Part shown: positions 11,850 through 24,184 of the stretch, piece after piece
Position numbering within the stretch: the first letter of the stretch is position 1
How the letters are laid out: each line of letters opens with the position of its first letter
Origin: Stegostoma tigrinum
Lineage: Eukaryota
Assembly: GCF_030684315.1 (NCBI RefSeq)
Contig: NC_081370.1
Span: forward strand, 16,260,106 to 16,324,105
Length of the DNA stretch: 64,000 nucleotides
Direction: 5' to 3'
Translations under genes and position numbers: made by a program
The notes under the pieces: generated by a model
Seen by the model: only the letters and a program-made list of their open reading frames with translations
What the model was told of the DNA's origin: nothing
The model's database searches: none

Positions 11850-14800
11850 ATTTGAAAAAATATACTTTATTCATAGAATGTACAAAAAATAAAACATTTA
11901 TACACCTACCCAGTCATGCGAGCTGCTCTGGGTTACCCAGGGGGTACGTACACCAACTAAAAGGAAAAGAAAAGAAACAAAGGAAAAAAACACAAAGCAA
12001 AGAAAATACCCCGGCAGTCGTCTCCCCGCACAGTTCCTGTTGGCCCGCTGACCAGCTGGGGCCAGTTACCAGATAGGGCCCTTGTTTCTATTCTGGATGA
12101 GGGGTTTCATACAGTGGTCTTCCCCCACCGCACCTTGGCAGTGACTGCCCCAAGCTTTAGCGCGTCCCTCAGCATGTAGTCCTGGACCTTGGGGTGCGCC
12201 AGTCTGCAACACTCGGTCGGAGTCAGTTCTTTCAGCTGGCAGACCAGCAAGTTGCGGGCAGACCAAAGAGCGTCTTTCACCGCATTGATGGTCCTCCAGG
12301 CGCGGTTGATGTTGGTCTCAGTGTGCGTCCTGGGAAACTGCCCGTAGAGCACAAAGTCCCGTGTCACGGAGCTGCTCAGGACAAACCTCGGCAAACACCA
12401 CTGCATCCCCCCCAGACCTCCTGCGCATAGGCACACTCCAGAAGGAGGTGATAGACAGACAGACAGTCTCAGCCCCCCCGCAGCCGCCTCGAGGGCAGCG
12501 TGGGGTGGCGCAGAGATTCCAGGCTTGCATAAAGGATCTCACTGGCAGACCCCATCTCACTGCCAGAGAAGCAATGTCCTTGTGCTTGTTTGAAAGTTCT
12601 GGTGATGAGGCATTCTGCCAAACGACTTTGGCAGTCTGCGTGGGGAATCACACGACAGGATCCACCCTCTCCTTTTCCCAAAGGGTCTCGAGGATACTAC
12701 GTGCTGACCACTGCCTTGTGGTCAAAAAGGTGTTTCCTTTCAAAAATTTCTTCACGAAGGACAGGTGGTATGGGACGATCCAACTACTCAGAGCGTTCCG
12801 CAGCAATGAGGCCAAGGCCCATACTTTGCAACATCAGGGACAGGTAGAACCTCAGTAAGTAGTGACACTTGGTGTTTGCGTACTTAGGATCTACGCACAG
12901 CTTGATGCAGCCACACACAAAAGGTAGCCATCAGGGCGAGGGTGGAGTTCGGTACATCCTTTCCCCCCCCCCCCCAGTTTTCCAGGTCTTTGTACATGGT
13001 GTCCCTGCGGACCCGGTCCATCCTCGACCCCTAAATGAAGTGGAAGATGGCCTGGGTGACCGCAGCAGCGCAGGTCCAGGGAATAGGCCAGGCCTGCACC
13101 ACATACAACAGTACCAAAAGCCCCTCGCACCTGACAACCAGGTTCTTATCTGCGATGGAGGGGGGACTGGAGCGTCCACCTGCCCAGCTTCTGCTTCAGT
13201 TTGGTGATACGCTCCTCCCAAGTCTTAGTGCACACCCCAGGTCCACCGAACCAAACACTTAGCACCTTAAGGTAGTCTGTCCTGACAGTGAAGGGGATGA
13301 AGGAGCGGTCGTCCCAGTTCCCAAAGAACATGGCCTCGCTCTTACCCCTATTGACTTTGGCACCCGAGGCCAGTTCAAACTGGCCGCAGATGTTCAACAG
13401 CCTACTCACTGACTGACGATCGGTGCAGAAGACGGCGACATCATCCATGTACAGGGAGGTCTTGACCCGAAGGCCTCCACTGCCTGGGATAGTCACGCCC
13501 TTCAGGCTCACGTCCTTCCTGATGGATGCGGCGAAGGGCTCCATACAGCACACGAGCAAGGCAGGAGAGAGCGGGCAGCCCTGCCTGACTCCAGATCTGG
13601 CGGGAAAACTGTCCGATTCCCACTTGTTGATGGAGACTGCACTAACGATGTTGGTATAGAGCAGCTGGATCCAATTGTGGTTGCCCTCCCCGAACCCCAA
13701 TTTGGAGAGGACGTCCCTCATGTAAGCATGAGAGACCCTGTCGAAGGCCTTCTCCTGGTCCAGGCTGACGAGGCAGGTGTCCACCCGCCTGTCCTGCACG
13801 TAGACGATCGTATCCCTGATGAGCATGAGGCTCTCAGCGATCTTCCTGCCCGACACAGCGCAGGTTTGGTCAGGGTGAATCACCGACTCCAGGACAGACC
13901 TGACCCAGTTGGCTATGACCTTGGCCAGGATTTTGTAGTCCACGTTCAATAGTGAAATGGGACGCCAATTCTTGATTTCTTCCCTCTCCCCCTTCTTGGA
14001 AATGAGGGTAATGATGCCCTTCCTCATGGACTTGCACATTTCACCTGCCCGAAGCGCACTATCATACACCTCCAGCAGGTCCTGGCCGACCAGGCCCCAC
14101 AGAGCGGAATACAGCTCGGCCGGTAAGCCGTCACTCCCGGGAGTCTTATTCCTCTCAAAAGGACTTGAGGGGTCTGGTCAGCTCGGCCAGTCCAGCCACT
14201 CCCTTGTGCCGTTGTCTAAGACCTCCGTGATAGACAACAGGAACAACTCGGAGGCCGTGCTGTCCGTGGGCTTCACGTCGTACAGTCCGGCATAGAAGGA
14301 TCTGCTGATCCTCAAAAGTTGGGCCGAGACGACGTCACCGAGCCATCGTCCTCCTTCAGCCGGCTAAGCACAGGGCTCTCTTTGTGCACCTTCCAAAAGG
14401 AGGAACGCGAGCACGTCTCGTCCTGCTCCACGGAGCGGACCCTGGACCGGAAGATTATCCTGGAGGCCTCCGCGGTGAAGAGCGAGGCTTGCTGGCCCCT
14501 CACCTCGCAGAGGTCCTCCATGACATCGACCCCCATTGACTGCAGAAGGAGCAGGTTCTGCATCCTTTTCTGGATTCGCAACAGCTTTCCCCGCCTCTCT
14601 CTCTCGCCTTCCAAGCACCCTGGAGGACAAAGAACCTCTTGATGTTCTCCTTCACTGTCTCCCACCAGTCGCCTGGAGACTCAAAGAGGGGTTTCACGGT
14701 TCTCCAACCGGCATACTCCCTCTTAAGGTCCTCGATGCTCTCTGGGGTCAACACAGTCGTGTTGAGCTTCGACGTCCCCTTGCCGGCCTGCTGGTCATCC

Positions 14801-15670
14801 TGTAAGTGACAGTCGGCCAGCAGGAGGCAGTGGTCAGAGAAGAACACCGGCTCAATGCTGGTGGACCTGACTGAGAACACCCGTGACACAAACAGGAAGT
14901 CTATCCTTGAGCAGATAAGCCCATCTGGCCGTGACCAGGTGTATCTCCGCTGCGCTCCGTCTGCGGGCGTGCTGAAGACGTCGAGCAGCTTGGCGTCCTT
15001 CACCGTGCCTGTCAGGAATCTGGACGTGACATCCAGCTGACTCCCCCCATCCACTGTCCCCATGCCAGATCTTCCATCTGCATCAATGATAGTGTTGAAG
15101 TCTCCACCTAGGATGACCGGCCTGGACATCACCAGCAGGGGTGGAAGCCGCTGCAGGACGGCCAACCGCTCACTCTGTATCGCTGGGACGTACACGTTGA
15201 TCAGCCTCAGGGGAGCGTTCCTGTAGGTGACATCAGCCACTAGGAGGCACACACCCACCACCTCCTGAACTTGAGAGATGGTGAAGTTGCGTCCCTACAG
15301 CAGAATAGCCAGGCTCGAGGAGGGACAGTCATTACCCCCCCCCGCCCCCGACCAGATCGAAGGCCCACAGGTCCAGGCGCCCGACCATTTCCCTTACCTG
15401 CTCAGGTGTGGTATCCCGCACTCCTGCGGAAACAGGAGGTCTGCCTTGACGGTCAGGTAGGCCAACATGGACACATCTTGCGGTGGACTTGACGCTGCGC
15501 ACATTAACGCTCGCAACTCGTACCCCAATGTGGGCAGTGACCGCAGTAACCTCCCTGAGTCCCAGGTCCAGCCCCTCCTTCGGTCCCTTCATGCCCCTTG
15601 CCCAGGCGAACTGCTGGATGCTCTCAGGGCTCAGGAAACCATCCGTGCTGCCTTCCGGGTGGCATCTCTG
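11850..15670 (-). mobile_element. L1/Tx1-clade non-LTR retrotransposon: near-complete ORF2 (APE endonuclease, RT, Cys knuckle) plus end of ORF1; frameshifted
   Basis: APE motifs VASVNVRS (~15500), LINVYVP, ILGGDFN, SRIDFLF, FSDH (ORF 14500..15261); RT NWRPISLLNVDYK, SLDQEKAFDRV, GVRQGCPLSP, YMDD (ORF 13146..14069); CPRGGCGG knuckle ~12490; minus-strand AATAAA near 11870; GC/CpG-rich. Confidence 0.95.
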
Positions 15671-15785
15671 CCCCCCAACCCCGCCCACCCCCTCCCAACC
15701 CCCCCACCCCACCCGCACCCCCCACCCCACACCCCACCCCCAACCCCCACCCCCCCACACCCCCCCACCCCCACCCCACCCCGCC
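15671..15785 (-). repeat. G-run tract on the minus strand (GGGGT-like units), G-quadruplex-prone
   Basis: Plus strand ccccccaaccccgcccacccc...ccccaccccacc, >15 runs of three or more C. Confidence 0.85.
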
Positions 15786-16400
15786 TCTGTTAGTTTAAAG
15801 CCATTTATCCCCAAGTAGCAATTTCACCAGGTGCACTTTTATGTTTGTATGTCCTGTTCCTTGTCATAATCTAGTTATCATTCCTCCTAATGGCATACTA
15901 CACTCATGCTTTGTCTATTCTTTTTAGTTTTCCAAGTCTCCCCTCGCATTGACTGTCTCCCTTCCATTATTAAAGGCCTCTCAACAGGCTCCCCTAATTA
16001 TATGGCCTGAAAGGACACTAGTCACAGGGCAGTTGAACTCAGAATTGTTCTGATGGTACAGTTCCCTTTTTCCCCGCTACTAGTACCAGTGAATCGAAGC
16101 CTTGTTTCTCCCACAGTAATCGTTGAACCATACGTTTAACCTAGTGATCGTATTTACATTGTACCAAGTTGTTCATGGCTCAGGGAGTAAATCGTTTTAT
16201 TGCCATTCTGCTTTTTAATTTAAATCCTAGCTGCTCATACATCCTCAGCATAACATCACTTGGCCAATGCCACAACTAGTCACATGGACAAAGGCAACTG
16301 GATCCTTCTCCTCCCATTCTAAGTTGCTTGTCAGCCTAAAAAGCTTTACCTTTAACCTTTAAATTCCTCAACTTTTACACTGGGCAGCTAACACAGCCTT
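15786..16400 (-). mobile_element. CR1 ORF1 relic
   Basis: tagtttaaagcc (ORF1 end ...tttaaacta), antisense HGNxWxSTSSGEKRELY-like block and DPVAFVHV-like esterase motif. Confidence 0.5.
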
Positions 16401-16654
16401 CAGGACAGATATTCTCAGTTGGGTCACTGAATTTATTGAAGACTAAAATTTTTGACAGATCACGGAATCAAAGATTACAACAACTAAGCAGAAAACTGGA
16501 GATGGCTCAGCAACCAGATTGACCACAATCTTATCTAATGAAAGTGCAGGTTCATGGGGCTGAATAGCCTCCTCCTGTCCCAAAGTAATTGTTCCCCCAG
16601 CTGCGAGAACATCATACCTGTTGGACAATCACAGATGCTGAGGTACCTCCAGTG

Positions 16655-16932
16655 TTGCACAGTGACTCAGTGGTTAGCACGGCTGTCTTACAGCACCAGG
16701 GACCTGGGTTTAATTCCAGCCTTGGATGACTGTTTGTGGGTGCTCTGGTTTGCAGTCACAATCCAAAGATGTGCAGGTTAAATTGTCCTGTACTGTCCAT
16801 GGCTGTGCAGACTAGGTGCATTAGCCATTGGAAATGCAGGGTTACAGAGACAGGATGGGGTGCTCCTTGAAGGGTAAATGCAGATTCAATGGGCTGAATA
16901 GTCTCCTTCCATTTTGTAGGGGTTCTATGATT
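16655..16932 (+). mobile_element. HE1-type (V-SINE) tRNA-derived SINE
   Basis: A-box gtgactcagtggttagcac, B-box gggtttaattcc, ccaaagatgtgcaggtt core, CR1-like tail gggctgaatagtctcc...ttctatgatt. Confidence 0.75.
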
Positions 16933-17359
16933 CTGGGTCTGTATACCTGGCTCACTGGCAGTCACATTTTCCAAACCTTAACATAGGACCAAACTGGAAG
17001 TACCAAGCTGAAGCAGTTTGACTACCTCCAGATACAAAGTGTCCAGGTAAGTTTCCTCCGGCCTACTGGATCACAAAACAGATCATCAAACTGTGCCCAA
17101 AGTCTCTGAAGCTGCAGTTTGAGGGCATGCATTGGCAATGCCAGCAGAATACGTCGGTAATTCTCAGCAAGTCGGGCAACATTAATGGAAAGGGTAAGAC
17201 AGTGAAAAGTTTACGTAGATAGCCTGTTTTCTGATCTCTCATTGATTCTGTACACAACACTGTCAGTTCCACACTGGGCCCTGCAATGCCAACTTCACTT
17301 CCACTGCCCTGCACAGTCAACATCACCCTGTGCTCCACATTATTCACTCCAACTAGTGC

Positions 17360-18275
17360 CCCACACTGTCAGCTCCACCCCCCACACTGTCAACACCATC
17401 CACACACAGCCATCTTCACCACCCACTCTGTCAGCTCTACATCCCACAGATCACCTCCACCCCCCCACAATGTCAGCACCACCTCACACTATCAGCTCCA
17501 CCCACACACTCACAGCTCCAACACCACACAGTCGCCTTCACCCCAACCCTGTCAGCACCTCCCCCAGACAGTCACTTCCACCCCCACCCTGTCTGCTCTA
17601 CCCACACATTGTCAGCTCCACCCCACCCTGTCAGCACCAGCCCCCCCACTGTCAGCTCCACCCCCCCACACTGTCAGCACCAACCCCCACACTGTCAGCA
17701 CTACCCCACACTGTCAGCACCAACCCCCACACTGTCAGCACTACCCACACAGTGTCAGTTCACAACCCCCACCCTGTCACTTCCAACGCCACCCTGTCAG
17801 CACCACCCCCACACTGTCAGCTCCACCCACACACTGTCAGCTCCACCCACACACTGTCCGCACTACCCCCCACTCTGTCAGCATCAGCACCACACCATCA
17901 CCTCCACTCCCCACACTGTCAGCAGCACCCCCGACACTGTCAGCATCACACCCCACACTGTCTGCACCACCCCCACACTGTCAGCACCACCCTCCACACT
18001 GTCAGCACCACACACTGTCAGCACCACCCCCACACTGTCAGCACCACCCCCCATGCTGTCAGCACCACCCCCACACCGTCACCTCCATCCCCACACTGTC
18101 TGCACCACCCCCACACTGTCAGTATCACCCCCCACACTGTCACCTCCACCCCCCACTCTGTCAGCAGCATCCCCACTCTGTCAGCAGCACCCCCACTATG
18201 TCAGCACCACCCCCACGTTGTCAGCACCAGCCTCCATACTGTAAGCACCACACCCCCATGCTATCAGCTCCATCC
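17360..18275. repeat. Minisatellite, ~20-21-bp unit (ccacactgtcagcaccaccc), roughly 40 copies
   Basis: cactgtcagc recurs every ~20 bp; all three + frames stay open only because the unit lacks stops. Confidence 0.95.
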
Positions 18276-19057
18276 AGTGTCTGTACTGACATAGTTGGTG
18301 ACAGCTGCACGTCATCATTTCCACCTTTTGCCTTACATTCAGTTTCCAGACTGTCTTGAAACTGACAGACCCAATGACAGTCCTGAATTCTCAGCTCTGG
18401 TACAGGATAATTTTTATTTATGTGCCATTTAAGTTTCATTAAGCAGCATAAATAATGATGGCATGTGACTCAAAGGGGACTAGTGAGCTAGGAATGGCTG
18501 AAAGCTAGTTCACCATGGCAACACTACACTTTCCATTTCTGGAGACAGACTGCTCTCATGCTATGTTCTTTTTTCTGTTTGTGCTTGAAACTAGGTCAGA
18601 GCACAGCTAATATTTAATAGAATTCATCTTCCAGTTAAACTGCAATAGCGATGAAAGCAAGTATCTCAGTTTGGACAGGTTATTTAAACATAAGGCAGCA
18701 AGTCAGGGAACAGCACATGTTGGAACAAGCTTCCCTTCAAGCACATCACATTGTACTGTGAGCTCTGGTTTTCTTCATGCTTAGTCAATTAGAGAAATCT
18801 TTCAGATATTTGCCATACAGTTCAGTGGTTAAAAGAATTGCTCACTATTGTAATTCACAACAGGCCAGCACAATTAACCCAATCTCTAAACTAATGGTGT
18901 ATTTACTGGTCTCAGTTAGGGTAACAGTCAGTTCAACAATCAGTCCTCTGATGAGGTTGTGAAGAAAAAATCAGCTTCTGATTTGCTAGCTGCTACCCAA
19001 CCAGATAATGACACATCTACATGCATTGAGTGAGGACTGGCCTGGACTCAACCCAAG

Positions 19058-19373
19058 TGGCATGATGGCTCAGTGGTTAGTACTGCTGCCTCAGAGCACC
19101 AGGGACCCTAGTTTGATTCCAGCCTCAGGCAACTGCCTGTGTGGAGTTTGCACGTTCTCCCCACGTCTACGTGGATTTGCTCCAGTTTCCTCCCACAGCT
19201 ATAGATGTGCAGGGTAGGTGGATTGGCTATGCCAAATTGCCCATAGTGCCCAGGGATCTTTAGGTTAGGTGGGTTAGACTTGGGAAGTGGATCTGGATGG
19301 GATGCTCTTCAGAGGGGCAGCGTGGACTTGTTGGCTAGAATGACCTGTTTCCACAGAGTAGGGATTCTATGGT
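19058..19373 (+). mobile_element. HE1-type (V-SINE) tRNA-derived SINE, near full length
   Basis: tggctcagtggttagtactgctgcctcagagcaccagggaccctagtttgattcc head; gtgtggagtttgcacgttctcccc V-domain; tail ggacttgttgg...ctgtttcc...ctatg shared with CR1 3' ends here (e.g. ~31895-31940). Confidence 0.85.
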
Positions 19374-19779
19374 TCACATTGCAATTGTCTGCAAACACCC
19401 CTATCAGACCAGGTAAATACAACAAATTTCCTTCCCTAAAGGACATAGGTGGAACTTTTTGACAATCTACGATAGCTTCACAGTCACCATTACTGAGGTA
19501 AATATTCTGTTTCAACAAATTTTATTATTGAATTTAACTCGCATCAGTTCCCATGGTGAGATTTTAACTCACGTCCCCACTATAGCGCAGTCTCCTACCA
19601 AATGTATGGTTGCTACATCTGCTGGATGCTCAAAACAAAAGTTGTCTATATATACTTGAATTCTAGATTCCATGTGAAACTCTTAGCCTGAAAAATAGGG
19701 CTCAAGGCAACATCCAATACCAATTAGAACAAGTAAAGAAAACTGTTACCACTCATTTCAAAGGCAGCTTTTAACGAGG

Positions 19780-20890
19780 CAACGCTTTCTCCTAGAACAC
19801 TGAGGGCAGCTGATACATGGAAACATACCCCCTGCGAGCTCGCCTCCAAGCTACACACCATCCTTACTTAGAAATATATCACTGTTACTCCACTGTCACT
19901 ACATCAGAATCCAAAGTCTCCCTTCCCAGCAGTGGTGTGGATGTGTTCATTCCACTTGGACTTCTTAAAATTCATTCGTGGAACATGGGATGTGACTGGT
20001 GCTGGCTAGGCCAACATTTATTGCTTGTCCCTAGTTGTCCTTGAGAAGGTGATAGTGAGTTGCTGCCCTCAACTGCTGCAGTCCACCTGCTGTAGGTTGA
20101 CCCAGAATTCCCTTTGGGAGGGAATTCCAGGATTTATACCCAGCTACAATTAAGGAACAGTAATATATTTCCAAGTCAGAATGGTGAGTGGCTTGGATGG
20201 GAACTTACAAGTGGTGGTGTTGCCATATGTCTGCTGCCCTTGACCTTCTAGATGGAAATAATTGTGGATTTGGAAGGTTCTGTCTGAGAATCTTTGGTGA
20301 ACTTCTGCCGTGCATTTTGTAGATAGTACACACTGCTGCTACTGAGCATCAATGGCGAAGGGAGTGAATATTTGTGGAAGTGGTGCCAGTCAAGCAGGCT
20401 ACTTCGTCCTGGATGGTGTCAAGCTTCTTTAGTGTTGTTGGAGCTGCACCCATCCAGGCAAGTGAAGAGTATTCCATCACTCTCCCAACTTGTGCCTTGT
20501 ATATGATGGGCAGGCTGGGGGGAGTCAGGTTATGAGTTACTTGCTGCTGTATTCCTAGCCTCTGGCCTGTTATTGCAGCCACAGTGTTCATGTGGCAAGT
20601 CCAGCTGAGTTTCTGGTCAATAGTAAACCCAAGAATGTTGATAGTGGGGGATTCAGTATTGGAAACACCAATAAATGTCAAGTGGCAGTGGTTAGGTTGT
20701 TGTTTATTGGTGATGGGCAACACCTGGCATTTGTATGGCACGAATGGAACTTGCCACTTTTCAGTCCAAGTGGCAATGGCTTGCAACAATTGACGAAGGC
20801 AGCTCACCACCAGCTCCTCAGGAAATCAGGAATGAGCAAGAAACATTAGCCCAGCCAGCGTCGCCCACAGCCCATAAACAGATAAATTTT
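19780..20890. mobile_element. CR1/L2-group LINE 3' end (+) interrupted by an antisense copy of the same family (~19965-20770, -)
   Basis: ORF 20349..20810 WTEKWQVPF.PYKCQ...ILGFTIDQKLSW...YKAQVGRVMEYSSLAW; the + copy halves at 19780-19962 and 20775-20890 align consecutively with 25130-25420. Confidence 0.8.
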
Positions 20891-22119
20891 TAAAATGACT
20901 GTCCATTTTCATTTGTAAGAGGCTGGTTTAATTTTTCAAAGAAGTGTTCCTGAGAGCTTAGGTAACTCCTATATAATTAATTCCAGTTGTCTCATATTTA
21001 GGAATTGCTTTAATTTGTTGTATTTTGTAACTGCCTGATTTTGTGAATAAATGTGATTAATTGTTTTATGCAGCTGTATGACAGTCTGTTTGAGATATCC
21101 AAAGTGATTGTGGAAGCATAACTTAATCCGATTAGCAGTGTAGCAACTGGAATAAATGTTGATCACTAGAATCATACTCTCTACAGGGACTGAAAATTAA
21201 AAGAGGCAGATTTCAGATCTCAAACAATGCAATCTGCTGTGGAAACCGATGCCAGGCATATGAAGGAGAACATGATGATAAAGAACCCATAGCTGTAATA
21301 GTGGAAGCAAGGTGAGGTCTGATATTGTGGCAGTAGAGGTAAGAGGTGATGGATGAAAATACTTAGCCATGCACTTGAATTGGAAATTATGGGGTCACAC
21401 AGAACATGTGCTGATGTTTAGACTTCCCATGAAGAAATGTCCTCTTTATGAATTTTTTACAGAAGGGGTGCCCTTCTTGGAGGGCATTGCCATCTGTTAG
21501 TGAGAATTTGACACGTAGATTGAGATGTTGATTGCAAAGGCATCTGCTACGAGTAATGTGGGTACAAAGGACTATCAGTAGGAACGCTGTATCATATTGT
21601 TATTATATGTCATGAGTATAGGGAGTCTGAAATTGTGAAATCTCCTGAACATTTCTCTGTGTGAGATGTGTTATAATGTTGGACGGGGTTTTAAATGATG
21701 GTTTGATTGTTAGAAATTATATGGGTTCAATGAAGTATTGCAGTCATGGGGTGAAGGAAGGAAACACATACTCTGTATTGAATTTGTATTAAATCACTTG
21801 CTCTGAGGGGAAAGGCTTACTTAAAGTGAGAAACCATGGGTGGAATATGTAGGGCTAATTGTGATTTTTATTGAGTTTCATGGAGTGTTAGTCTCCACCA
21901 CGCCTAGGAGGCTTTCTCACAAGGTCATCCCAAACTCGCTTTATTAACTACCTTCAACATCTCTATGGTGCCTCCATCATCCGATGCTCACTGGATTCTA
22001 CTGTAGCTGGAAGCCCTGGTCATTGGCCAGATATGCCAAGTCAGGCTGCCATCCCTGGCACTGGTACCATATATAAAAAGCTGTTGTACATCTGCTAGTA
22101 TTCTGGAGCTGCCCAATTC

Positions 22120-22192
22120 ATGACCCTTGCTCCTGGCATGTCACACAAGGGGACATTGGAGCCCTGCTTTATGGACAGAGACCATGGTGTGT

Positions 22193-22239
<47 letters not shown>

Positions 22240-22418
22240 CGCGCGCACGCTGGTGCAGAGGAGGACCATCCCCTTCCCCAGGAACACCAGAGGAGGCTAC
22301 GACACCAGACTCTCAGCCTGGACCCAGGATGCCACCTGGATCAGTGCAGTCTTCACAGCACAGAGATACACACCCTAATGCTGCAAGAAGGTCAGTGACC
22401 ATCTCTGCTCTGCCAGGG
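22120..22418 (+). pseudogene. Harbinger Myb/SANT-like DNA-binding domain relic
   Basis: LVQRRTIPFP...LSAWTQDATWISAVFTAQRYTP*CCKKVSD.L.SAR followed by donor-like AGG|GTGAGA at 22418; matches Myb_DNA-bind_5 pattern W.xVAx.xxxxxxxxRTxxQCRKKxxDL. Confidence 0.7.
22187..22250. repeat. (GT)n(GC)n compound microsatellite
   Basis: About 22 GT units followed by 8 GC units. Confidence 0.97.
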
Positions 22419-23263
22419 TGAGAGCCACCATTTTCTCTCTGTTTCTTCACCCTCACTGTATCTTTGCTACTGCACCCAGCTCTCAGCAAGGCTCATGATC
22501 TCTCGGTCTCAGGGAAAGTGAATGTTGCATCATCCCTCACTCATTCTGACACACCCAAACCTTTACACTGCTAACCCCGTATCCCCTCAGTGCTGCCTAC
22601 TCACTCGGTATACCTCACCAGACACTCCCCACTGGTGCAAATAGCTGTTCCAGCCATATTCATCTCAATCCATCCTCCTACCTTTCATTCCAACGGAAAA
22701 CAGCCGATACAGCCAGGATGGTTATTGGGTTGCCAAATATTCAACTCCTCACCCCCACGGAGGAGAAGGTCTTGGCCCTTGTTGTCGAGGACCAGCAGCA
22801 GGTCCTGTGGAGACACTGAAACATCCATGTCCCAGCAACTAGGTAAAAAGTACAGTCCATAGCTCCCCATCACCCCCACTGTACGTGTCATTTCAACATT
22901 CCATAACCTCGGGCCCTTGGCTGCAACATTCTCTCTTTTGTGTAGTACAAGTACCAGCAGGATATTCATGACAGCTGTGGTGAAGACAGTATGGACCTAT
23001 CAGAGGAAGCACTGGGAAGGCAGCCTCCTGTATCTGCACCTCATTGGGTATTTCAGTCAGATAAGAATCTAAGTGTTTCTCGGGACTCTGGAGACGAAGA
23101 TGGCAGGTCTGGTGTAATGGCATCCTCTGGCTATCTTGGGAAGAGGAATGAGGCTCTGAGCCACCCAGTCTGCCAGAACCTCCAGATCCCAGCCCTATCT
23201 CCACAACTGGCCAAGGCAGAAACATCCCAGCTCATTGCTCCTCGGAGAACTGGCGAAGACCAG

Positions 23264-23357
23264 GGTAACAAAGTGTGGAGCTGAATGAACACTGCAGGCC
23301 AAGCAGCTTCTTAGGAGCACAAATGCTGACGTTTTGGGCCTAGACCCTTCGTCAGAA
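23264..23357 (-). mobile_element. Penelope-like pLTR micro-insertion with decayed hammerhead
   Basis: gtaacaaagtgtggagctg...gctgacgttttgggcctagacccttcgtcag; direct repeat agaccaggg at 23257-23265 and 23362-23370. Confidence 0.8.
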
Positions 23358-24184
23358 AAGCAGACCAGGGGCCTGCTCAGCCCCAAGCAGGACAGGTCCC
23401 GAAGGTGTGAGCAATTCCCATACAAGTAGAGACAGGAATAGTGGGAAAATTGTGCCATAGCTAAAGGTTGAAAGACTTCATTGTCTCTGTTGATACCATG
23501 CTGTCTCTGGCATGCAGACATCTGGCTGTTTCCATAGTCAGGTTGACAGCTTCCGTGAAGAGCCAGGTCCAGCAACCTCACGGTCTGCTAGATATATGCA
23601 CAGACCTGCACTCCATTGCCTTAGCCATTTGGCCACAGCACCAACAACAAGGCAGCCATGGATGAGGGTCATTGACCTCACTTCAGGTGCCCCTCCCTCA
23701 AAAATAGAGAGTACCAATGGGCATCCAACTGGAGGAGGAGCCACTTAAAGGTGCACACAGAAAGTCTCCTCTCTGGAAACTCCAGAGGTGGCTGGATCTT
23801 CCACGTCCACTCTGCCTACCCACCCCCACCCCCCCCCCCCCCCCCCCCCCCAGCCCTCTGGGAATTCAAGCAGAGGTGGGTAAGGTACTCTTACCTCTAG
23901 CAAGGGCACACTCAGTGTGCCTGGGACCTCAAGACAAAGCCACTCCCTGGGTCAACTGACCAGACCTCCAAAGCCAGTGGGCTCCACTGTGAGGCAGGCT
24001 CCCTCCAACTCCAGCTGCAGATATCAGGATTGCACCAAGGTGCAGGGGAGGAGAGATGGAGAAGAACCTTCTAAGTGAGCACTGATGGCATGTGTGACAG
24101 ATCAATGTACATAGTTTTCCACAACCATACATGTATGGTCACTTTTCTCAATCAGCTATGCCTGTGAGTCTCTGATTAGGATTA

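Noticed and set aside
12361-15818. Many + strand ORFs over the Tx1 element
   Set aside because: Antisense shadows of a GC-rich retrotransposon ORF.
17242-18359. 350-aa mucin/extensin-like ORFs; regular repeat considered as a CRISPR-like array
   Set aside because: Pure tandem repeat without unique spacers, in eukaryotic DNA with no cas genes.
19058-19125. tRNA-like sequence (also 16655, 46300, 60328)
   Set aside because: SINE heads continuing into SINE bodies; no complete cloverleaf.
21187-21311. AG...GT-bounded open stretch on + (GLKIKRGRFQ...)
   Set aside because: No homology recognised and no partner exons.
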